Positions 24,857-33,551 of a stretch of DNA of 52,662 nt are shown piece after piece. Made by a program: the position numbers and the translations under genes. The stretch is from Chloroflexota bacterium (GTDB lineage: Bacteria; Chloroflexota; Anaerolineae; Anaerolineales; UBA4823). The DNA is taken from contig JBBILY010000002.1 in NCBI GenBank assembly GCA_037444705.1, positions 1 through 52,662 on the forward strand. The letters run 5' to 3'. Position 1 is the stretch's first letter, and every line of letters starts with the position of its first letter. The notes beneath the pieces were generated by a model. That model was not told where the DNA came from and searched no databases. It was given only the letters and a program-made list of their open reading frames with translations.

Positions 24857-26620
24857 ATGCCCATTCGCGTTTTACCCCCTGAAGTGGCCTCCCAAATCGC
24901 CGCGGGCGAAGTGGTGGAGCGCCCGGCCTCGGTGGTCAAAGAATTAATCGAGAACGCCCTCGACGCGGGCGCACGCCAAATCGTCATTCAGGTGGAGCAG
25001 GCGGGCCAACGCCTGATTGAGGTTTCTGATGACGGTTGCGGCATCCCACCCGAGGAAGTGCCTCTGGCAGTGGAGCGGCATGCTACCAGCAAAATTACCC
25101 GCGCCGAAGATCTGTTTCGCATCTCCACCCTTGGCTTTCGGGGAGAAGCCCTGGCGGCGATCGCCTCCGTCTCACGCCTGACCTTGACCTCACGCACTCA
25201 GCAAACCATGGCAGGGGTGCGCCTTCAGGTGGAAGGGGGACGTGCAGGCGCGCTACAGCCCGTGGGAGCACCGCTGGGAACAAGCGTGCGTGTGGAGGAC
25301 CTGTTTTACAATGTGCCTGCTCGCCTCAAGTTCCTCAAGAGCCAGGCCACCGAACGCCGCTGGATTGACACTTTAGTTGTACGCTATGCCCTGGCCTTTC
25401 CTGAAGTGCGCTTTTCTCTGATTCAAGACGGGCGGGTTGCCCTACAAACCAGTGGGGATGGCGACCGCCGCGCCGTGCTGGCCGTCCTCTACGGAGTGGA
25501 CATCGCGCGCCAGATGCTGGAGGTGTTGGCCGAGGATGAAGGGCTGCAGGTAACAGGTTTTATCAGCCCCCTCTCGCTCACCCGCTCCAATCGCCGCGAG
25601 ATGCTCTTTTTTGTCAATCGGCGCCCGGTGCAGGATGCGGCTTTGAGCACGGCTGTGGTCCAGGCTTACCATACACTGCTCATGGTTGGGCGTTTCCCCA
25701 TCACCTTGCTCTTCCTGGATATGCCCGCGGAACTGGTGGATGTCAATGTCCACCCCACCAAGGCCGAAGTGCGCTTTCGCCACGCAGAGCGCCTGTTCGC
25801 CGGCCTGCAACGCGCTGTGCGCCGCGCCCTGCTGGCTCACACCCCCATCCCCGCAGTAGACCTGCCGCGCTGGAAGCCCGACCAGGCACAAAGTGAGGGC
25901 CAGGGGGCTGGACCTGAGTGGCGCACCATCAGCGGCGAATGGCGCCTGGCGCAGGGCGAGTGGCGGGAAGAACCTCGCCAGCCTGAGGTGACCCTTCCTA
26001 GCGAACCTACGCCTGCGCCTGCCGCGCCCCCTTTGCTGCGCCTGGTGGGGCAGGTGGCCTCAACCTATCTGGTGGCTGAAGGTCCAGATGGCCTCTACCT
26101 GATTGATCAACATGCCGCCCACGAACGGGTCTTGTTCGAGCGCCTGATGGCGCAGCGCGCCGCCCATGCAGGGCAGAGCCTAGCCTCCCAGGCCGTGCTC
26201 CAGCCAGTGAGCGTACATCTGCCCCCCGCCGCTGCCCGTGTGTTGGAAGAACAATTGCCCTTGCTGGAAAGCCTGGGCTTCCAGGTGGAGCCCTTTGGCC
26301 CTGCCACCTTCCTAGTGCGGGCTGTGCCAGCCCTGCTGACAGGAATGCAGCCCGCCGCAGCCCTGCAGGTGCTTATTGAAGATTTCGAAGAAGACGAAAC
26401 CCCCTTACAGGCCGAGAACGAAGCCCGCCTGATTGCTCGGGTGTGTAAGCGCGCCGCCGTCAAAGCCGGCCAGGTGCTCTCGCCCCAGGAACAACGCGCC
26501 TTGCTGGATGACTTGCAAGCCTGCGCTTCACCACGCACCTGTCCCCATGGACGCCCCACGATGATTCACCTCTCGGTGGATCTGCTAGAGCGCCAATTCG
26601 GGCGCAAGGGAGCACTCTAG
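24857..26620 (+). CDS. mutL: DNA mismatch repair protein MutL (endonuclease-type)
   Basis: 587 aa with a GHKL ATPase N-terminus (IAAGEVVERPASVVKELIENALDAGA). The C-terminal endonuclease motifs are DQHAAHERVLFE and CPHGRP. Confidence 0.92.
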   Translation: MPIRVLPPEVASQIAAGEVVERPASVVKELIENALDAGARQIVIQVEQAGQRLIEVSDDGCGIPPEEVPLAVERHATSKITRAEDLFRISTLGFRGEALAAIASVSRLTLTSRTQQTMAGVRLQVEGGRAGALQPVGAPLGTSVRVEDLFYNVPARLKFLKSQATERRWIDTLVVRYALAFPEVRFSLIQDGRVALQTSGDGDRRAVLAVLYGVDIARQMLEVLAEDEGLQVTGFISPLSLTRSNRREMLFFVNRRPVQDAALSTAVVQAYHTLLMVGRFPITLLFLDMPAELVDVNVHPTKAEVRFRHAERLFAGLQRAVRRALLAHTPIPAVDLPRWKPDQAQSEGQGAGPEWRTISGEWRLAQGEWREEPRQPEVTLPSEPTPAPAAPPLLRLVGQVASTYLVAEGPDGLYLIDQHAAHERVLFERLMAQRAAHAGQSLASQAVLQPVSVHLPPAAARVLEEQLPLLESLGFQVEPFGPATFLVRAVPALLTGMQPAAALQVLIEDFEEDETPLQAENEARLIARVCKRAAVKAGQVLSPQEQRALLDDLQACASPRTCPHGRPTMIHLSVDLLERQFGRKGAL

Positions 26621-26672
26621 CCTTTCAACCACTCCGCCCTGGTACAATCGTGATGGAGGTCTGAAAGCACCC

Positions 26673-27629
26673 ATGCAAGCCTTATGGTTAGAAAATCAAC
26701 GCTTGAGTTTTCGGAGAGACTTACCCCATCCCCTCCCGCCGGCGGGTGAGGCGTTGGTGCGCGTGCGGTTGGCGGGGGTGTGCGCTACAGACCTGGAACT
26801 GGTACGCGGCTATTACCCCTATACAGGCATCCCAGGCCATGAGTTTGTGGGAGAGATCGTCTCTGCCCCAGACGCAAGCCGGGTGGGACAGCGCGTGGTG
26901 GGGGAAATCAATGCGGTGTGTGGCGAGTGCGATACCTGTCGCCACGGCAGGCAGAGCCACTGCGAGCGGCGCACGGTGCTGGGCATCGTCAACCGCAACG
27001 GCGCCTTTGCCGAGTATCTGACTCTACCGTTGGTCAATTTGCACCCTGTGCCTGAGAATGTGCCCGATGAAGCGGCCGTTTTCACTGAGCCGCTGGCAGC
27101 AGCCCTGGAAATCAGCCAGCAGGTGCACATCCGGCCCGACGATCGGGTGCTGCTGGTTGGCGCCGGGCGCCTGGGACAGTTGATCGCCCAGACCCTGGCC
27201 TTGAGGGGGTGTGATCTATACGTCCTGGCGCGCCATCCCAATCAGATTGCCCTGCTCAACAGTCGAAATATCCACACGTTGAGCGAAGACGAGGTACCCA
27301 CGCGTAAAATGGACGTGGTGATTGAGGCTACAGGTTCGCCGAGCGGCTTCGAGATCGCTCGCCGAGCTGTGCGCCCGCGGGGCACGCTGGTGCTTAAGAG
27401 CACCTATGCCGGGAATTTAGAGGTCAATTTCTCGGCGGTAGTAGTGGATGAAATTACCCTGGTGGGTTCGCGCTGCGGCCCATTTCCACCAGCGTTAAAA
27501 TTATTGGAAACAGGATCGGTGGATCCCACCCCCTTGATCGAAGCCCGCTACCCCTTAGAGCAAGGGGTTACCGCCTTCGAGCATGCTGCCCGGCCCGGGG
27601 TGTTAAAAGTGTTGGTACAACCTGAATGA
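26673..27629 (+). CDS. zinc-dependent alcohol dehydrogenase family (MDR) oxidoreductase
   Basis: Shows GHEFVGEIV, the structural-zinc cluster CGECDTCRHGRQSHC and the NAD fold VGAGRLGQ. Its stop overlaps the next start (ATGA). Confidence 0.85.
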   Translation: MQALWLENQRLSFRRDLPHPLPPAGEALVRVRLAGVCATDLELVRGYYPYTGIPGHEFVGEIVSAPDASRVGQRVVGEINAVCGECDTCRHGRQSHCERRTVLGIVNRNGAFAEYLTLPLVNLHPVPENVPDEAAVFTEPLAAALEISQQVHIRPDDRVLLVGAGRLGQLIAQTLALRGCDLYVLARHPNQIALLNSRNIHTLSEDEVPTRKMDVVIEATGSPSGFEIARRAVRPRGTLVLKSTYAGNLEVNFSAVVVDEITLVGSRCGPFPPALKLLETGSVDPTPLIEARYPLEQGVTAFEHAARPGVLKVLVQPE

Positions 27630-28579
27630 AAACAGGACGATCCCCTAAAAGTCTAAGAATAGCATGGTGGTACCTGGTCATCACAGCCCTGCTACTCGCA
27701 GCCTGCCAACGACAAAGCCTGCCATACGTTCGTCTATCGCAGGCGGGGCAACCACTACCGACCTTCGAACCCGGTCGGCCATCCCGCTTGCCGCTCAGGG
27801 TGGCGATTGCGGCTGTCATTTCTCCCCAAGCCACGCTGGATACCTACGGTCCGCTGCTGGATTACCTCTCTTTGCGGCTTAACCGCCCTACCGAATTGCT
27901 CCAACGCAGCACCTATGCAGAAATCAATGAATTAATCCGCAATGGTGGAGCCGATGTAGCCTTTGTTTGCGGAGGCGCCTATGTGGAGGGAGAACGCCAG
28001 TTTGGGATGCAAATTCTGGTTGTGCCGCAGGTCAATGGGCAAACCACTTATCAATCCTACATTATTGTGGCACGCGATAGCCCATTTCAATCCTTAGAAG
28101 ATCTGCGCAACCACACTTTCGCTTTCACCGACCCGCTCTCGAATTCTGGCCATCTCTCTCCCCTATGGTTGCTTTATCAAATGCATGAAACTCCAGAGTC
28201 GTTTTTCAGCAAAACTACTTTCACCTATAGCCACGACCATTCCATTCAGGCTGTAGCGGATCATATCGTGGACGCAGCCGCGGTAGATAGCCTGGTCTAT
28301 GATAATGTGATCGCCAACGATGCCTCTTATCTGGAGCGTTTGCGCATCATCCATCGTAGCGAACCTTATGGCATTCCCCCTGTCGTTGTCCACCCACAGA
28401 TTGATCCTTCGCTGCGCGCCGAATTGTTACGCGTGTTTCTGGATATGGACGAAGATAGCCAGGGTCAGGCCATCCTCAAAGATTTGAGGGTCGAGCGCTT
28501 TGTGGAAGGCGACCCGGCGATGTACGATAGCATTCGTCAGATGGCTTCAACCTTAAGAAACTGGTATGCCAATCCATAA
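27626..28579 (+). CDS. PhnD-like (phosphate/phosphonate-type) periplasmic binding lipoprotein, likely sensory partner
   Basis: 317 aa with lipobox ALLLAAC. The body resembles PF12974-type binding proteins (LRVAIAAVISPQ..., AFVCGGAY, FTDPLSNSG). It overlaps both the ADH stop and the kinase start. Confidence 0.75.
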   Translation: MKTGRSPKSLRIAWWYLVITALLLAACQRQSLPYVRLSQAGQPLPTFEPGRPSRLPLRVAIAAVISPQATLDTYGPLLDYLSLRLNRPTELLQRSTYAEINELIRNGGADVAFVCGGAYVEGERQFGMQILVVPQVNGQTTYQSYIIVARDSPFQSLEDLRNHTFAFTDPLSNSGHLSPLWLLYQMHETPESFFSKTTFTYSHDHSIQAVADHIVDAAAVDSLVYDNVIANDASYLERLRIIHRSEPYGIPPVVVHPQIDPSLRAELLRVFLDMDEDSQGQAILKDLRVERFVEGDPAMYDSIRQMASTLRNWYANP

Positions 28580-30554
28580 CCCGCCTCTCTGGTTTGCGCG
28601 GCTTCTACACCGCCTAACCGCAGTCTCCCTATACGGTAAACTCATTGGTCTGGTCATCGGCCTCATATTAACCATTGGTCTGGCGGTGGCATTAACGCTG
28701 CGCGCCCGCCTGGCGCGCGATCTGGGGCTAAGCCTGGAAGAGCGCAGCATAGCCATCGCTCGCGACCTGGCTTCCCGCGCCACAGACCTGGTGCTGACTG
28801 ATAACACCTTTGCCCTCTACCAGTTAGTGCGGGATACAGTGGAAAACAACCCCGACGTGCGCTATGCTTTTATCACTGATGCCAGTGGACAGCCATTGGT
28901 GCATTCGTTCCCGCGCTTTGTCCCTCCTGACCTGTTGGCCATCAATCAGCCTGAGGCGCGAGTCCCCTATCGCCTGCAGCCTCTGATGAGCGATGAGGGC
29001 CGCCTGTTGGATGTAGCCATGCCCCTGCTTGAAGGGCGCGCCGGCTATGTCCATGTGGGGCTTTCTTTGCGACGCCTCAACCTGGCCATTGGGCGCGCCA
29101 CAACCGAGTTGGCCCTGGTTACGGCGTTGGTTTTGTTGCTGGGGGTGGGGGCAACCCTAATCGTAGCCCGCCTTCTGACCCGACCGCTGCTGGAACTGGT
29201 GCAGGTATCACGTCAATTAGGAGAAGGGAACCTGCAGGCACGTACGCAGCCTTACATGGAGGACGAAATTGGCGAACTTGCTCGATCCTTCAATGCCATG
29301 GCAGAAAACCTTCAGGAAATTCAAGTCAGCCTGCTCCGTCGCCTGCGAGAACTGGATACGCTTAACACTATTGCCAACGCCATCAGCAGAGCCTTAGGAG
29401 TGCAAGAGGTGTTAAATGCCTCGCTGGAGAAGATCCTGGAAACGATGGACCTTCAGGCTGGCTGGGTGTTCCTGCTCGATGCTCAGCACCCTGGAGACTT
29501 AAAACTGGCAAGCCATAAAGGGTTATCCGCCCCTTTTGTCACAGAAGAAGGTCAATTACCTTTTGAACGCTGTGTATGCACCCATGTGCTCCATAGCAGA
29601 CGAGCCATCATCGTAAATGATATCTTGCAGGAATGTGGTCGCCTGAGGCCTGAAACGCTGCTCGCAGAAAATTTGACCTGCCATGCCAGCGTTCCCCTGA
29701 TCTCGCGCGATCATGCCATCGGCGTCATCAATCTTGCCAGCCAGCAAAATCGCCAATTCACGCCCCAGGACCTGGCATTGCTGGACTCAATTGGCCGACA
29801 AATCGGGGTGGCGGTTGAAAATGCGCGCCTGTGGGAAGAAGTGAAGGAAAAAGAGGCTTTGCGTGGTCAATTACTGGAAAAAGTGATCGCCGCCCAAGAG
29901 GCCGAAAGGCAACGCCTGGCGCGCGAACTGCACGACGAAGCTGCGCAAATCCTGACCGCTCTCTCCCTTGGCTTCCGCACCCTGCAAGAGGCACCTAACC
30001 TCAGCCGCGCCCAACGCCAGATGGTGGAACAATTGAAACAGCAGACCACCGATTTAATGCAAGAACTCCATCGCATGTCCGTGGAATTGCGGCCGAGCGC
30101 CCTGGATCGGCTTGGCCTGGCCGCGGCTCTGGAGCAATATGCGCGAGAGTTTGAGCAACGTTATGGAATAAGGGCTGAATTTGAGGTCGAAAGGGTGGAA
30201 CAAAGCCGCCTGCCTGCCGAGGTTCAAATCAACCTCTACCGTATCGTCCAGGAAGCGCTAACCAATGTCGCCCGCCACGCAAAGGCTTCTCGGGTTTCAG
30301 TAACCCTCCAGGGACGCGACCAAACTTTGGTGGTCACAATTGAAGACGATGGCCAGGGGTTCGATGTTGAAAAGGCGATGAAGAGCGGCCGATTAGGTCT
30401 CTTTGGGATGCAGGAACGGGCTTCCCTGTTGGGGGGCTTACTGCACATCGAATCGGCACCAAACCAGGGCACGACCATCAACGTGGAAATCCCGTATCCG
30501 CAGGATAAAGCCAGGGGATGGCAAAATGAGCAAAATCCGCCTCTTAATCGCTGA
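28566..30554 (+). CDS. sensor histidine kinase (2 TM, HAMP, GAF, HisKA_3, HATPase_c)
   Basis: 662 aa. It has two TM helices flanking an outside domain of about 150 aa, HAMP (LTRPLLELVQVSRQLGEGNL), a GAF-like segment, H-box LARELHDEAAQ, and N/G boxes (ALTNVARHA, DDGQGF). Confidence 0.85.
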   Translation: MPIHNPPLWFARLLHRLTAVSLYGKLIGLVIGLILTIGLAVALTLRARLARDLGLSLEERSIAIARDLASRATDLVLTDNTFALYQLVRDTVENNPDVRYAFITDASGQPLVHSFPRFVPPDLLAINQPEARVPYRLQPLMSDEGRLLDVAMPLLEGRAGYVHVGLSLRRLNLAIGRATTELALVTALVLLLGVGATLIVARLLTRPLLELVQVSRQLGEGNLQARTQPYMEDEIGELARSFNAMAENLQEIQVSLLRRLRELDTLNTIANAISRALGVQEVLNASLEKILETMDLQAGWVFLLDAQHPGDLKLASHKGLSAPFVTEEGQLPFERCVCTHVLHSRRAIIVNDILQECGRLRPETLLAENLTCHASVPLISRDHAIGVINLASQQNRQFTPQDLALLDSIGRQIGVAVENARLWEEVKEKEALRGQLLEKVIAAQEAERQRLARELHDEAAQILTALSLGFRTLQEAPNLSRAQRQMVEQLKQQTTDLMQELHRMSVELRPSALDRLGLAAALEQYAREFEQRYGIRAEFEVERVEQSRLPAEVQINLYRIVQEALTNVARHAKASRVSVTLQGRDQTLVVTIEDDGQGFDVEKAMKSGRLGLFGMQERASLLGGLLHIESAPNQGTTINVEIPYPQDKARGWQNEQNPPLNR

Positions 30555-31191
30555 CGACCACGCCATATTACGCGCTGGCTTAAAAATGCTGATCGAAAGC
30601 CAAGCCGATATGAGCGTAGTAGGCGAGGCAGGTGATGGTGAGACCACACTGCAACTGGCTCACGCTCTGGCACCCGATGTGCTCTTGTTAGACATCTCCA
30701 TGCCAGGCACAGATGGGCTGGCGGTGTTGCGATCTATCGCTCAGGTTTCCCCAAAGACGCGTTCTCTGATCCTGACCATGCATGAAGAAGAAGCCATCTT
30801 GCGCGCCGCCCTCTCCGCCGGCGCAGCGGGATATGTGCTCAAACGCACCGTCGAGACCTTACTGTTGGAGGCGGTGCGCTGTGTCATGCGCGGCGAAACC
30901 TTTCTCGATCCTGCCCTATCGCCGCTCTTGATCCGCTCCTACCTGGAACAACCCCTCGCCCAGGAAAGTGAATCACCCAAAGAGACTCTGCCTGATGGTT
31001 TAACGGCGCGTGAGGTGGAGGTTCTACGCCTGGTGGCTCGGGGATATACCAACCGCGAAATCGCCGAGAATCTGGTTATCAGTGTTAAGACCGTAGAGAC
31101 CCATAAGGCTCATCTGGCTGCCAAACTGGGACTGAAAACTCGGGCGGAAATGCTGCGTTATGCCCGGCGCAAAGGATTACTGAAAGAGTAA
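30526..31191 (+). CDS. NarL/LuxR-family response regulator
   Basis: The start is set at ATG 30526 (MSKIRLLIADDH). Motifs are DVLLLDISMPG and the LuxR HTH LTAREVEVLRLVARGYTNREIAENLVISVKTVETHK. It overlaps the kinase 3' end by 29 nt. Confidence 0.88.
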   Translation: MSKIRLLIADDHAILRAGLKMLIESQADMSVVGEAGDGETTLQLAHALAPDVLLLDISMPGTDGLAVLRSIAQVSPKTRSLILTMHEEEAILRAALSAGAAGYVLKRTVETLLLEAVRCVMRGETFLDPALSPLLIRSYLEQPLAQESESPKETLPDGLTAREVEVLRLVARGYTNREIAENLVISVKTVETHKAHLAAKLGLKTRAEMLRYARRKGLLKE

Positions 31192-31213
31192 TCTCGGTCA
31201 ACGATTTCTTTTG

Positions 31214-31305
31214 TCAGGGAAAACCCTGAAGGTTAATCCCGATCTCAGGGATAACCCTCAAATCCAGGGGGCTAAATCCGTGCCTTTCCTGCTACACGAT
31301 CTCAG
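31214..31305 (+). promoter_or_regulatory. repeat-rich promoter region of the molybdoenzyme operon (candidate response-regulator sites)
   Basis: TCAGGGAAAACCCT (31214-31227) and TCAGGGATAACCCT (31245-31258) each contain an AGGG-N4-CCCT dyad, 31 bp apart. CGATCTCAG occurs at 31240-31248 and 31297-31305. AGGAGG lies 6 nt before ATG 31368. Confidence 0.35.
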
Positions 31306-31367
31306 CCCTTTCCCCTAAACTGCATATAACTCGTTCACTCATCATCAACCCATTCCAGGAGGCCTGC

Positions 31368-32006
31368 ATGGCGAAAAAACGCTACGGTATGGCGATCGAC
31401 CTGCAGCGCTGTGTGGGGTGTGAAGCCTGCACCATTGCCTGCAAACAAGAAAACCACACACCGCCAGGCGTCGCCTATGCCAAAGTCATCAAAGAAGAAC
31501 ACGGCGAGTATCCTAACGTAAAACGTACCTTCTTGCCCGTTCTGTGTAATCATTGCGATAATCCTCCTTGTGTGCCGGTTTGTCCGGTTGGGGCAACCTG
31601 GAAGCGCGAGGAGGATGGCATTGTCGTTGTAGATTACGATATTTGCATTGGCTGTCGTTATTGCATGACCGCCTGCCCTTATGGGGCGCGCTATTTTGAT
31701 TTTGGCGAGAATTATTTTGAGCCGCTCAACGAATTTGAACAGCAACCTTCGCCTGAATATGGCGAATATCGCCCGCGTAAGGACGGTCAATCCCCTATTG
31801 GCAATGTTCGCAAGTGTACCTTTTGCCTGCATCGCGTGGTTAAAGGGGAACTGCCGGCTTGTGTTCAGACCTGCATGCCACGCGCTCGCATTTTCGGCGA
31901 CCTGAATGATCCTGAATCGGAGATTTCGCGTCTGGTGGCCGAAAGGCGCCATTTCCGCCTTAAGGAAGAGTTGGGCACCGAACCCAACGTGTTTTACCTG
32001 GTATGA
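31368..32006 (+). CDS. 4Fe-4S ferredoxin-type electron-transfer subunit of a complex iron-sulfur molybdoenzyme (PsrB/TtrB/NrfC/DmsB-like)
   Basis: 212 aa with four Cys clusters: [35 protein letters not shown] and CTFC...CVQTC. Confidence 0.9.
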   Translation: MAKKRYGMAIDLQRCVGCEACTIACKQENHTPPGVAYAKVIKEEHGEYPNVKRTFLPVLCNHCDNPPCVPVCPVGATWKREEDGIVVVDYDICIGCRYCMTACPYGARYFDFGENYFEPLNEFEQQPSPEYGEYRPRKDGQSPIGNVRKCTFCLHRVVKGELPACVQTCMPRARIFGDLNDPESEISRLVAERRHFRLKEELGTEPNVFYLV

Positions 32007-32015
32007 GGTGAGGCC

Positions 32016-33551
32016 ATGAAAAAAGACTGGACACTCTCTGCGGCTTATTGGACATTGCTCAGTGTGGTTGCCACGGTTGGCCTGGGGGCTCTGGCTTTGC
32101 GCACGTTCCAGGGACTACGCGTCACCAACCTGACCAGCCTGGTGCCCTGGGGATTATGGGTGGCCTTTTATATTTACTTTATTGGGCTGAGTGCGGGCTC
32201 ATTCTTAATCTCGACTATGGTCTATGTCTTCGGCATTAAGCGCTTCGAGCCGATTGGACGCCTGGCGCTCTTCACAGCTTTCATCTCCCTGAGCACTGGC
32301 CTGGTTTTTATCCTGCTCGATCTGGGGCATATGGAGCGCTTTTGGACGGTTTTCATCCACCGCTCCCCCACCTCGGTGTTGGAATGGGAGATCCATTTTT
32401 ACAACCTTTATCTGGTCATTCTGCTGTCTGAATTATGGTTACTGATGCGGCGCGATCTGATCCGTCGTGGTCAGAGGCAGGATTGGGTGGGGAGTTTGTG
32501 CCGCCTGCTGGCACTGGGCAGCAAAGACCTTTCGGATGAGGCAGCAGCCAAAGACTGGAAAGCCGTAAAAATCCTGGGGTTGATTGGCGTCCCGGTAGCC
32601 ATTGGCGTACACGGCGGCACGGGAGCCATCTTCGCCGTGGTCAAAGCGCGCCCATATTGGTATACTGGTTTATTTCCGCTTATTTTCATCGTCTCGGCTT
32701 TAGCCTCCGGCGGAGCCTTGATCACTTTTCTATATGCCTTCTTTGGCAAGCGGGATGAAAACCATCGTCCATTAACCTTGACCTTAGGTAAGATGACCGC
32801 CGGCTTCCTGGCGTTGGATTTGATTTTCCTGGGGAGTGAACTCCTGGTCGGCTTATATGGAGGCATCCCAGATCATGTCGCAGTCTATCGCGCCATCATG
32901 AGCGGGCCTTTCTGGTATGTTTTTTGGATCGGCCAGCTCGGGCTCGGAGCAGTCGTCCCTCTGGCTTTGACGCTGCTGCGCCGCACAGGCAATTCTGTTG
33001 GTTGGGTGGGTATAGCCTCAAGCCTGATCGTGATCGGCATCTTTGGCGTCCGATTGAACATTGTCATCCCACCTTTCACCGTTCCGCTCATGCCAGGTGT
33101 TGATACGGCTTACCCCCTGGGCCGTTTCGCTGTAGTGGATTTCTCTGGCCTGATGGGAGCGCTCTTTACTCTGGCGATCATCCTGTTCCTGGTTTGCGCC
33201 ACCTATCTCACAGCACGCCTGGCGCGCATGGTTGTTCACCCGTTAGAACGCTATCTGGCAGCCCTGGCCGGTCTGACGATCATGGCGGGTTTCTTAATCA
33301 TGGGACTGCGCTTCCTGGGATATAGCCCTACGGCAACTGCACTGTTGGCTTTAGACACAAAACCTGCCTCACTGCCCTTGTTCTTCGGCGGTGCCCTGCG
33401 CGCTACCGATGCCTCTTTCTATTCCCCTTCGGCTATCGAATGGCTTTCTAGCATGGGCGTGATCGCTCTGGCGATGATGGCTTTCACGCTGGGATGGTAC
33501 ATCCTTCCCCTGCAATCTGATGAACCCCACTTGGGAGGAAACCTTTCATGA
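32016..33551 (+). CDS. NrfD/PsrC/TtrC-family integral membrane quinol-interacting subunit, extended
   Basis: 511-aa polytopic protein with an NrfD-like core, plus about 150 extra C-terminal residues carrying about 3 more predicted TM helices. Its stop overlaps the next start (ATGA). Confidence 0.8.
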   Translation: MKKDWTLSAAYWTLLSVVATVGLGALALRTFQGLRVTNLTSLVPWGLWVAFYIYFIGLSAGSFLISTMVYVFGIKRFEPIGRLALFTAFISLSTGLVFILLDLGHMERFWTVFIHRSPTSVLEWEIHFYNLYLVILLSELWLLMRRDLIRRGQRQDWVGSLCRLLALGSKDLSDEAAAKDWKAVKILGLIGVPVAIGVHGGTGAIFAVVKARPYWYTGLFPLIFIVSALASGGALITFLYAFFGKRDENHRPLTLTLGKMTAGFLALDLIFLGSELLVGLYGGIPDHVAVYRAIMSGPFWYVFWIGQLGLGAVVPLALTLLRRTGNSVGWVGIASSLIVIGIFGVRLNIVIPPFTVPLMPGVDTAYPLGRFAVVDFSGLMGALFTLAIILFLVCATYLTARLARMVVHPLERYLAALAGLTIMAGFLIMGLRFLGYSPTATALLALDTKPASLPLFFGGALRATDASFYSPSAIEWLSSMGVIALAMMAFTLGWYILPLQSDEPHLGGNLS

